From: Haliotis cracherodii
Lineage: Eukaryota
Assembly: GCF_022045235.1 (NCBI RefSeq)
Contig: NW_027266275.1
Location: forward strand, 26,350,001 to 26,414,000
Direction: 5' to 3'
DNA: 64,000 nucleotides
Position numbers and translations under genes: made by a program. Of the stretch, positions 1 to 11,700 are shown in pieces (the stretch's first letter is position 1; each line of letters opens with the position of its first letter). A model generated the notes under the pieces. It searched no databases and was not told the DNA's origin. It saw only the letters and a list, made by a program, of their open reading frames with translations.

Positions 1-139
1 ACTTGCATTAGCTTCAAACAAAATGGCGGCGCCCAGCCAAGACGATCTGATCGATAATCGAAATCTATATTGTTATAAAACTGGTCTTGCTTTGCAAAGT
101 GCATCAAATCACGTGAGCACCTTGATTACAAACATATCT

Positions 140-326
140 GTGCTACACATGCTTTGCAAATCCTGCAATCAACCTAACTCTCCACAGCACTTTACTAACC
201 GGATGTCCATTTTGTTATGCGATTTTGATTAGACTATGAATAGACTTGTTAGTCCAGCCAAAATATTATTCCAGCCTTGTTCGGCAAGGGTGGAAACTCG
301 ACTTTTATAGTCAGTTAACTCCCTTG
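140..326. repeat. Interspersed repeat, inverted copy at ~21078-21280
   Basis: ggcaagggtggaaact..cttttatagtcagttaact versus agttaactgactataaaag..agtttccacccttgcc. Confidence 0.75.
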
Positions 327-1221
327 CCTCAGAAAGATGCGTTGAAGAATTCACTGATATTTTCACACATAATTGCAAATATTCCATAAATATCTGTCCT
401 TTTGTTTTGCAGACTATGGTTAACATTGTTGGAATCAAGGGGTCCTGTGGTGCCTGGGTTTGCTCTCATAGTACTTGAATTTAAGGACACATGAAATAAC
501 TGCTTAAGTTAAACATGATAAATAAACAGACTTTTTATATTTTCCAGGGATGTACACCATCAGAACAATGAGACAAAATTCAACTAAATCATAGTGCTAG
601 TAATGGTCTATGTGGGATGTCTTGTTTGTTTGTTCATTTATGCCACACTCAGCAATATTCCATGCTTATGACGACGGACTGTAAATAATCAAACGTGGAC
701 CAGATAAACCAGTGATTGGGAGGATAACTAGATCTGGAGGCAAACTGACCAGTCCTTCAGGATTATTTATGATATTTGACAAGCATTACTTGTGGACGAG
801 TGCACTTTTTTAATGAGCGACACTTTGTATTATGTCTTTAAGGAGCCAATCCTTAAAGATGGACTCATCTCATTCTGTAAGAATGACACAAAGTTATCCC
901 CTTGGTAGAGAATGTGATACCAGTGTTCGAAATAACAACCTGCCTGTAGTTTCAATGTAAATGGGTCATTATGGCCGGCAGTAATTTTACGTGTCATTTT
1001 TTTGTCACGATAAGCTCCAGTTTGTTAAATGAGGGCCATAAGAGATTAGTCAGGGCCTTCAGTTTCTAAAGTCTGTGGGTCCTGATGGTAGCCTTGCAAT
1101 TTTTTTACTTTCAAACATACTTTTTGGTCATAAACATACGTAATAAAAATTTAATAACAATCTGGTCTTACACCTATGAACACTTTCATTTATTTTTTAT
1201 AAGTAATATGTACAATCATAC

Positions 1222-1304
1222 CGAATATATTTTTCTTTTGTGTATATGTCCATCCCTGTCTTCATATTCCAGCATGAATAATTCTTCCCTATCTTCTCGA
1301 TCAT
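1222..1304 (-). CDS. C2orf68: C2orf68 homolog exon 3
   Basis: ttccgcag|ATGATCGA...TATTCG|gtatga; DDREDREELFMLEYEDRDGHIHKRKIYS. Confidence 0.85.
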
Positions 1305-4300
1305 CTGCGGAAAAAACATTAGTCAACAGTGTCCACAGGTATTCATGGTATAACAATAAAACATGCATAAGCAGTTACAATAACAACTAGTTTTAAGCAT
1401 GCTAAGGGTGACATGTAACTTATCTAGTTTCAAAATGAAGAGCTCTCTACATAATCAACTTTAACTCAGAATCAGAAAAGACTTGTTTTTGTGCTCAAAC
1501 ACATCTTCAAACACATAGAAAGATATTCGAGATGTGACGACATTTTTGTGTTTGACCATCTCATACCTAGAACAACTTCATTTGATTTTGGTGGCCATTT
1601 TGCCCAATATTTTTTTAAGTTGATTATGCATTTTCCTCGTGTTTCAGTAAAGATAAAAGATAAATATTACCCATATAAAAAGTGTCCTGTTTTTCCTGTC
1701 TTCCTCTTCTCCTTCTTGAAAAAGGTGGGACATATGCGCGGGCATCTGGTCTTGTCTTTTTGTTCCTGTCAGTGTGTTTACCTCTGTCTTGGACAGAAAC
1801 CTTTTCTCGTACTTCTTTGTCATAGTTGTCTCTATGAAAACAAAATGAAACCAATAGCTACAATGCAATGTAGATCACCTGAAGTCAGTGAGACAAGGTT
1901 CTTGTCATGAAATGCTACAAGACCAACAGATCTCCACTGGTCAGGGGAGTTTGTTCAAAAAGCTTTTGCTCAGAGATGATGACAAGTACCTTTCAGAAGC
2001 GGATGTGCACTATCATCAGGATTACAGTTGTGAAATCATAGCTACATACTGCTCTGCTTTTACTATCTGACATCAACTAGTTGCTAATACAGTACCATGA
2101 CTAGCTGGGCTCAATAACCACATACAAGATGCACTCTGGTATTGAACAATACAACCTAGTATGTATTTCTACATGCACCTAGTGCATGTAAAAATCGAAC
2201 ACATTTGAAACTGACCCACCATGCAAATTTTTGAACTACCGTATTAGACGTAATAAGCGCCCAGGGCACTCTCAAAATTAAAAATAGGGGGCTCTAATTA
2301 GAATAATATTTTGGTGAAAAAAACAGAGTTGAAAGATAAATTTCGTGGTTTATGCTGACAGCCTGAAATGTTTATATACGACAGATATATTTTTCCAGAA
2401 TTTAAATGCCAATACTTAAGGGTACATATAGCACACGAGTGCGCAGTATACGCGAATAAATAAGTCTTTTGTACATTGACCAATCGGAAGGGGTGCTAAT
2501 TGGGATTGTTCACTGGCCAATATATTAGCAAATATGGCCGTGGGCGCTTATTAGAGAAGGGCGCTTATTACGTCGAATACGGTATGCATATTATTTACTA
2601 TCGAACATTACCATTCTCATTGTTGAGTGTAATTTTTCATTGTTCCTTTACCCAGACACCATCAAACTGTGAACACTTGACGATTATGTGCACAAATAAC
2701 TGTGTCAGAAAGTAATCAAATGAATACTGTTCATAATAATAATAAGACCAGTTAGACTATTCGCCTATAGACGATGCTGTGCATATGTCACTGGGTGTAA
2801 TTTTGTTTATCAGCCATTTCGTTGCCGGTTCAACAATTCGTATCACCTGATTCATACTTATTTATATAACCATGTGCTGTCCGTGTTTTGACAGTGTGTC
2901 ATGTATTGCCTGTTTGACAATGAAAATAACAAAATGCCAGTAAATGGTCTTAAATTACTACCAGTGATATCTTCGTCTTCTTTTCAAAATGTACCTGTGA
3001 CATTTAACAGCAGGATGTTACTAATTATTCTGAAAGCAGACAAGCTGGGTACCACATGATACTTGTGTTGAACCTGGTACCTGGTGCATCAGACCTGTAA
3101 TGCTCCGGGGTAGAATAGGTCTTCAGTAAACCACACTTTCCGTAAAAGGCAACTATGCTTGTTGTAAGAGGCGACTTGGTTGATGCATATCATCGTATCC
3201 TAATTACGTGGATCGATGCTCATGATGTCAATCACTGGATTGTCTGGTTCAGACTCGATTATTTACAGACTGCCGTCATATAGCTGGAATATTGCAGAGT
3301 GCGGCGTTAAACAACAAACAAACAAACAAACAAAATCTGGTGCATCATTTTTCGCTTTAAGAATGAAAAGTAATCATAACAAGCAAAGGGAAGAAACCCT
3401 GAAGCTGCAGTTGTTTTGTGGATGGCTGAGATCCATAGACGGAACATTACAAGGAAGCATGTCTTGCAGACAAGGGGCTGAAAAATCTGCTTGGAGCAGT
3501 GATGATGATATTGACAATGATACTGAATTATATATAAGTAGCTTCACTTATCACTGAACACAATTCCACTGGGATTCCAGTTAAGAATAGGTCCACAGCA
3601 ATGGTTGTCGTAAGAGGCGACTAAATGTATCGAGTAGTCAGGCTAGGTGATTTGGTTGATGACATGTCATTGTATACAAATTGCATGAGTCAATGCTCAT
3701 GATGTCAATCACTGGATTTTCTGGTCTAGACTCAATTGTCTAATGACCTCAGTAATATAGCTGGCAATTTGTGTGTGGAAAAGTGAGGCATTAAACAAAA
3801 AACAACAACCAGTAGGGCTGGGACGATACACCAACTTGTGATCTTATATGTATCTTGATACCTTGCTTACGATTCAATAGGTATCACAATACTTGCATGT
3901 GCTCTTGTCTGTTGTGAGTAAGCTAACTTTTTCATAGACAGGAAGGTCAGATACCTGGCACACTGTCACAGGTGCCTTTGTTTGCTACATGTACCAGTAA
4001 CTGAATTAAACATAAAACATCAACAAATATTCAATAACCAGTCTTGAATATCTGATGACAGAGATTTTGCATAAAAAGCAAATTATCAGTTAAAATTATG
4101 GATCACTGAAAATCAGTGATGACAACAGGTGTTAAAGAAAAGTCAAACGCCTCACTTGCTTGATAACGATGTTAGGACCTACACCGAAATGTTGTTCCTA
4201 ATTGCAATAGAGAAATTGTTCATCCATATATCTTATTCTTGCTTATGCTTATGGATAAATGGTTTGGGGAAAAGGAGGTAGAACAATATTTCTGATTTGC

Positions 4301-5343
4301 ACTCTGATAGATTGTGAGTGAGTGAGTATGTTTTTACGCTGCTTTTAGCAATATTCCAGCAATATCATGGCGGGGGACAACAGGAATGGGCTTCACACAT
4401 TGTACCCATGTCGGGAATCGAACCTGGGTATTTGGTGTGACAAGCGAAAGCTTTAACCACTAGGCTACCGGACAGCCCCTGTTAGATTGTAAAGGCTGCA
4501 ATGATGTGAGGCAAAAATACAAATACTGTGAAAAGGTTTCAATGTCACGTTCAAGATTATTTGATTTACTTGCGTGTACCTGCAGGTACTATTCCCGACT
4601 TGTGACGGTTTTATAGTGCCAGCTCACTGAGTTACCATATGCAGTAGTTCAACATGATACCTGACTCAGACACACAACACAGACTCTGAGCCAACCAACC
4701 ACCTAGTCTTTCTTTTATCCACTTAATGCTGAGCGCCAGGTGGGGCAACAAGTACCATCTTTTAACGTCTGTTGGTAAGGTGTTGTAAGGGGGGCGAACA
4801 ACAGACTTCCTGCTCTCCAGGCAGACACTCTATCCACAACACCGCAGGGGCGCTATGTATTAGCATCCAGCGGATGTTTCATGAAAAAAGTGGTGCAGGC
4901 TGAAACGGCACCGATTTCTCTGGCGAAATTAGCAACGCATTTGGCGAAAACGTCATCTCTATTTTTAATAACAATAAAAACGATTTATGTAGTATATGAT
5001 TTAGGATTTTGAAGACTTCAGAAGATGTGCAAGGAATCCATGTGTATAGTCAGTCAAGGACCCTTTACAAATACATATATAATGGAAAATGTTACAACTT
5101 AAGATATGTTGAATATGATGAAAATGGGACGAAGTCTGATAATTTAAATCAGCCTTTCACGACAGTTTAAACATGTGGACAAAGAAGGGCGAGTTTGAAA
5201 CATTCCTAAAACCACATCTTAACTTCAACAAATGATCGTCGTCTCTACAGAAATCACAATCATTCCTACCGATCAAGTTGGTTCCTTATAATACTTTTCA
5301 TAAAGCCATGCCTCATGTCCAGTTTTCTGTTTGTAGATGACAT
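1222..5343 (-). CDS. C2orf68: UPF0561/C2orf68 homolog, partial; join(complement 5270..5343, 1671..1831, 1222..1304); last exon probably upstream of position 1
   Basis: Spliced translation MSSTNRKLDMRHGFMKSIIRNQLDRDNYDKEVREK...RPDARAYVPP...EELFMLEYEDRDG matches recalled human C2orf68 motifs (LDMNHGFVHHIRRNQIARDDYDKKVK; QLFCLEYEADSG). GT-AG sites, phases 2, 1, 0 are consistent. Confidence 0.85.
1671..1831 (-). CDS. C2orf68: C2orf68 homolog exon 2
   Basis: tttcatag|AGACAAC...TATATGG|gtaata; RDNYDKEVREK...YVPP...DTFYM. Confidence 0.85.
2239..2582. mobile_element. Tc1/mariner-pogo-type MITE
   Basis: 24-bp TIR ccgtatt(a/c)gacgtaataagcgccc (23/24 match), TA on both flanks. Confidence 0.85.
3092..3336 (+). 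mobile_element. SINE-like retroposon family B
   Basis: (caaa)n tail; TSD ctggtgcatca. Confidence 0.88.
3570..3810 (+). mobile_element. Family B (diverged)
   Basis: gtcgtaagaggcgactaa...tcaatcactggat. Confidence 0.75.
4314..4478 (-). mobile_element. tRNA-derived SINE family A
   Basis: A/B boxes, shared body, (actc)n tail. Confidence 0.85.
4590..4852 (-). mobile_element. Diverged tRNA-derived SINE (further family; related copy ~40680-40830)
   Basis: Shared gtac(c/t)atctt(t)taacgtctgttggta block and reverse-strand tRNA-like head. Confidence 0.55.
5270..5343 (-). CDS. C2orf68: C2orf68 homolog coding exon 1
   Basis: ATG at 5343; MSSTNRKLDMRHGFMKSIIRNQLD(R); donor |gtagga. Confidence 0.85.
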
Positions 5344-5687
5344 CTTTCAACATGTTTTGGTTGAAAAATGCTGACAACTATGAAATTCTTGTTTTCGTTT
5401 CTGTCATTTTGGAGATTCCCGTGATCTACGTCACCAGTTGTGAATAAAATGCCTTTCGACTCCGGATAATATATCCGTATCAGACCGATATTTATAACGA
5501 GTTCAATGTATATATCAACACGCCTCCAAATGGTGTCTAAATGGAGGCAGAGTAAAGTCTATAATGAAATAATAGAGTGTAAGGTATTACAACATGTGAA
5601 AACAATTGAATACTTTGAAAGAACCAATTATCCGTAATTTACTAGGCCTATTTCGACAGGAAATGACGTTTACCACACCGGGTGAAA
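5344..5687. promoter_or_regulatory. Bidirectional promoter between C2orf68 and USP39
   Basis: 344 bp between divergent ATGs. ETS/CRE-like CAGGAAATGACG at ~5657-5668 and YY1-like AAAATGGCGG overlapping the USP39 ATG. Confidence 0.65.
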
Positions 5688-5775
5688 ATGGCGGAGGTTT
5701 CGACAAGAAAACGACTTGAGAAATCTCACAATGCGAAGAAACGAGTCGTTGAAGTAGATGATGATGATGACATTG
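5688..5775 (+). CDS. USP39: USP39 exon 1
   Basis: MAEVSTRKRLEKSHNAKKRVVEVDDDDDI; donor gtatgt; phase fits exon 2. Confidence 0.8.
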
Positions 5776-8700
5776 GTATGTCTGTTTTAGCAAAAATATA
5801 GAATATTTATCACTTTACATGATTTGAAACTGGTTTAATTGCACAATTTAAAATAGGCCTTCAGGACAGTACGTAGACTTACACGCGGCAGACTCATGTG
5901 CCCTGTTTTTTTCCCGGTTGCTCGGATCTGTGCTCAAAGCGATTTTAATTTGGGATTTAAATATTTCCCATAACCTCCAATAATCGCCCCCTGACAAATT
6001 TGGATAAAATCATGGGGCCGAAATCATTAGCTGAACGTCTCTCTGTGAACCGTGGCAGCGAAAGAAACTAACATTTTGGTCCACTAGTCCATATAATGGT
6101 AACATATAGCAAACCCCTTAAAAATGGCAAGTTTCTACTGGTCCTTATGATGCCTAAACTATTGGGCAGTTTGGCAAGGACTATAAGGCCAAGTGTCAAT
6201 TTCTATCGCTGCATGATGACCACAGTAACCTTTTTAGTTTGATGGACATCATTTTCTAAACAGCTTACACTTTCAGTGGGCATGTCTGCTTATAGCAGGG
6301 GAATCCTGCCTCGTTCTGGTTCTACAGGGTCTATCATCTATGGAGAATGTAATTTGATACCTGGCTGCAGTTCCGCTGATCAACAAGAAAGTGTTGTCAT
6401 TAGAAATATCTCAATTGCTTAAAAGTTAAAATAAAAAGAGCACCGACTGTTTTACATATGATTCACCTGCAATTACATGTAATTATCAAGACATAATGAT
6501 ACGGCCTGGCTGCAGTAAACGGTCCAAAAGTAATGTGTATTCACGTCCGGTTGTGAAGTTTTGCTCTGTATTTCAAGTTCCATACCGGGATCTTTCTATC
6601 TCAAGCCATATAAGGCATTATTCTACATTTCGTATTGGTTGTTGATGTATTTGGAAAACAGTCAATCACAGAAAAAGGTGGAGCTTTAGTATAGTGTAGC
6701 AATCTGGTTGGTTGAAGAGCATCACCCTTTCTGAGCCATTTCATTCAGAAATAGCTGGTTCTGGAATTCTGTTAGTGTCAACAGTTAAGTTTTATCGCTG
6801 ATATCTGTGATCTTGTTGAAAGACCTGTCACCCTAGGGCACATATAAAGCCTTTGTTATGTTTAAATATCATGATGTCCTCAATTCAAATGGACAGTTCT
6901 TCATTAGGGGTAAATGATGTGACTAGAGGGACACATACTTTGAATCCAGGATCTTTCTATCTCACAAGTGTTATAAACAAAGTGTCATTGCTATACCCTT
7001 ATCGGATAATTAAATAAACAATTAATTAAATTGTACTGACATTGGGTTCCTGTCGAAATGAAGAAAAACATACAGAAGTTGATTCTGCCCTCAAAATTGA
7101 GTGTTTAGGTCACGTGACCAAACCGAGACACCTGATTGGTTGGAAATGTAAAACTGTGGAGGATCGAACTCCTCCATGTTAGCAACACATTACCAAGTGA
7201 CCATGGATGAATGCTATCTCAAACAATTAGTGCTTATTTACCAGGTCATCAACACCCTAATATTTACCTTATGCATATGCGCAGTAGCCATTTTTTGTCC
7301 ACGGAACTTGCAACTTGATAAAAATTGTACAGAATTTCCTTTACTTTGGATTCATTTGTTGAAAGTGATAGTTAACCCATAGCCTACCTCAAACTGACCA
7401 TCATCAAACTGTGGGTACTTCAAGATTATATACTGTACTGCAGCTTTAAGCATAATATGACAGTAGTAACTGTTGTAAAAATTCTTACACAGTCATCAGA
7501 GAACTTAGATTTTATTTTTTTAGATAAATTGATGGGATCAGGGTGCAGCCTGGTTTTGTCTGGTGCAACTAGGTTTTCATGTCAACTTGCACCTGGTGCA
7601 ACTTAAATCTAGTTCCTCAAGTGGAGCCCTGACGTTAGTCAAAATGTGTCACTCATCTTTACATGAATGCTCCAAATACCATTATGTCAATATTTCCCAT
7701 ACTGACCTAATTCTAACTAATAACCAAATCAAAAGTCATCAACATGATCACATAGTAATATTCAAAACAGAAATGAACATCAAACTTACTAGATAGGAAA
7801 ATTTGCAATAGTGGGATTCTTTTCTTGTCTTTGTTCTCTGCAAATAAAACAAAAAGTCTTATTTATATCTAAAAGTAAAAGGAGACGGAAATAATTGAGC
7901 CCTACATGTTAATATAATTATAACTAATGATAGGCCGTGCAGAGGTAACTTGATGACAGACTCATTGAAGAGGAAGCAACTTTAAGTTTAATGCATAGTT
8001 TTACTTTAATGCACTGAATGCAATATCAAAATACCTCAGAATTTAGGAAAATAAGAACTTTGAACAAAGTAATTGCCTGCCAAGGGCACTTGGTTTCAAA
8101 TCCTAAATAAAATCCCTGGTTATGAAGCATGCAGTGTGACAATAGTTCTCAACCCCTGTCATCATAAAAAATTATAAATAAGACTTTTTCATACTGTTCA
8201 TTTATCATGTTTTTTACAAAATATTAATTCATAAAGAATAGGTATTTCAACATGGAAAATACACATGTTATTTACCAGTAACCATGTTCACCAATTATAC
8301 CCTGGTAACCAATTACTGATAGGTTGAAATAAATCGAAAACCATGTTTGTGTCGGAGACTAGTCTGTATGACCGACAGACCTGGGGGATAGTTTCCAAGG
8401 ATGTACCTGGTGTCTAGTTGTCAGGTTTTTTTAAGTGTAATATTACAATGTATTTTTTGTATTTCAGTCCCAGTGAAGGAGCCTAAAATTGACAAAAGTA
8501 GATCTTGTCCCTATTTGGATACTATTAACAGGTATGTTATGACATGTTAATTTTAATGTTTTTGTCTGTGTCCTTTTTTGTTTTAGGATAACAAACACAC
8601 TTTGTATTTATTATCAGTATGTTTGTCTGTGATTTGGATGTTATCAGTATGCTTGCCTATGTTTTGGATATTAGTTTGCTTGCTATGATATTGATGTTAT

Positions 8701-11700
8701 CGGCTTTTCTGTCTTTGAAAGTAAGAATAAGTCAGTATGTCATAACCACTTGTTATCTTAACTCTCCTTGAAGATATGGGTTAGAATTGGTCTTCAGCAA
8801 CCTATGACTGTCTTAACTAATGGTTTCAAGTGGTCAGACTTTATCATATTTCATTTCCATAGATCATCGATGCTCATGATATCAATCTATCAACAGTAGA
8901 GGATGTAACGTGTACATAGCGCTTTAATTACTTTCGCGGAGGTCGCGGGTGACAGCACAGCCACGGTGATTGAATTAATTAGTATCAAGCGCTTCACTGA
9001 GTACTGCGGACCGCACCCGTCTCGCGTACAAGAGACGGCAGAGCCGTCACGCGTACACGTTACGTCTGCAACTGATCAATCACTGGATTGTCCTGTCCAG
9101 ACTCGATTATTTGCAGACGACTATCATATTTTTGGCATATTGCTGAGTGCGGCATTAAACAACAATCAAGCAAACAATATTATCATAACCCTGATGACAT
9201 AGATTTAAAGGGTCACTGGACTCACATGATACTATAACTGCAAACTTCAAGGAGCCCAGGACCCTCTTTTATCATGTTTATTTCTGAGATTGATATTGGT
9301 AATGATATTTTGATTATGACATTTAGTGTTAAATATGATAACATTCTCCTTGTTTCAGATCACTGTTGGACTTTGACTTTGAGAAGTTATGCTCTGTTTC
9401 CTTGTCCCACATCAACGTCTATGCCTGCCTGGTCTGCGGCAAGTACTTCCAAGGTAGGCATCAGTAGGCAGAACACACTTCAATAACGAGCTGATAACGA
9501 GTTTCACCTGGGAAATATCCACATTTATGATGATGTGTGTGAACATTACCCAACTATAGACTTAGGTCCAATTGTTCCTCGGATAGCAACACCCTGTTAG
9601 TTTGAGCCTCATTAATCTGGACTCCCTGCCTTTGTGCAGTTGGGAAATGTCTTCTTGTAGCTACAGTGCAAGTCTCATGGGTACATACAATTTTGCATAT
9701 TTGGGTAGATGTTAACATCCTTTATGCAAATATGGTATTCAAAACATCGAAAGTTGCGCGTAAATAAGAACTTTTAGAGTTATCATGGAATGTGAATGAT
9801 TCTCGGAAGATGAATTGGTGATTTTGGAAGAAGTACAAGTAAACCCCTACCTGGGACGACAATAGTGACGAAAATAATCAGGATGATGCCCATCTTGGAT
9901 GCATAGATTACAAGTGATTGCAAAACACAGATTTTTTCGTTTGTATGGTATAATTTCTCCAAATCACAATATCCTGTTGCTGTCTTAAAATAGCATAACA
10001 GAGATGGAGAAACATGTGATAGACTCTGTGAATCTGTGTTACTTGCTAACATTTAACATAACACAATACACATGGCTGAGTGATTTATGATACCTGGACT
10101 GACTGCTGACATACATTATGCAGTAATCTACTGCAGTTACATGTTGTGAGATGAGTGACTGTAGTTGAGACAAAAACCATTCTGGTTAATTGGCACTGAT
10201 TGGCTACAAAGATAAATTGATGTCTATCTTTATAACAGCACCGTTGAGGGGGAGTGACTAGGTGAAACAAGTACCATTCTTGTTATGTAGCACTATTAAG
10301 CACTAGCACTATTAAGATTCGTTTAGATATTGCGAATGCTGACCTCAAAATACATACTTTTGATTAAGAGCAACAGTGCTCAGTTTACGTTTTCAACAAT
10401 TACACACTTTCTTTCTCGGCCATCATATTATACATCATACTGGATACATAATGATGTAAAAAAACCTATTACTATTTTACATGATACTTGCTCTTGAAGA
10501 GGACATTAAATATACTATTATATAGCAATGGTTAGTTGAACCAAAAATTTGTCAATGAGGATAATTTCAGTGGACAAATAAACAGGCTTCACTGTATATC
10601 CCTGTAAAACTGTTTTGTCATAAGTATGAATTAGGGCTGGCAATCGATATGGATAACAGAGATTGATAATCGTTAACTAAATATCAATCAGTTATCGATA
10701 AATAGGGAATAAGTAACTTTGAGCAGATATGCATAAAGCAGAGAAAAAAATCAACATATTTCATGTCACTAGTGAGTGTGGATACATGTATGCATGGATT
10801 ACTTTATGGACATTTAAAGGGCAAGTTCACACGGAAATGAACCATTTTTTCTTGTACTTTTTCCACATTAAAAGTGTTAACATAGAAGTGTCATAGACAA
10901 AAATATAAAAACATCATATTTAATTAACATATTTTTGGCACTAAAACGATTCATATTTTTCACATTTACCAAGTGTTCTATTTCCATAACAAAAACACCA
11001 TGGCTTATGCCCCTTGCAATATGACGTCATTGGTGCCAATTGATAAACATTATGACGTCATCATGCTTTGTTAGAGCCGCTTCACGTGGGGTAGGTACAG
11101 TTTTGTGATTCTAGCATCTCAGATGCCAGCCAGAATTGTGTTATGCTGAGACACCACTGCGCCGGAGTGTGTCGCAGACCATGTTGTTTTACCGCAAAGT
11201 GGTCCTTGATATCTTTTGCGTTGAGAATAGACAGGGACCCAGTTGAATTGGCACCAATTACGTCATAATCTAAGGGGGATAACTCAGGCCTATTTCGCTC
11301 GTAAAACGAAGGCCTCATAACGGCATATCACTTTCACACTATTGTGAGCTTCCTACTTTCACTTTGAAAAAAAAATGAGTGTATATTTTCAAACACAGAT
11401 ACTAACTAATTCTAAAATTGCGTTTTGTTTAATAAAAGAAAGAAAGTGATTTTTGCGTGTACACTTCCCCTTTAAGATATAACAAAGTCAATTGCTTTCT
11501 GTGAAGTTTGCTTTGGTAACTTAAAACTTCATTGCTTCACAATAGTTTAGGTAAGATATTATTGATGACACAATTTTCATATTGAAAATCGTTAATATTT
11601 CTACCCATCAACGATATCTCCAAATATCAATCTTTTTAGCCAGCCCTATATGAATACTTTCCTGACGCTGTTAATGTGTATCTCTCTCCAGGCCGTGGAC

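Noticed and set aside
830-880. Candidate terminal exon of the C2orf68 homolog (cttacag|NEMSPSLRIGSLKT*)
   Set aside because: No resemblance to the expected conserved C-terminal helix; the true last exon is more likely outside the window.
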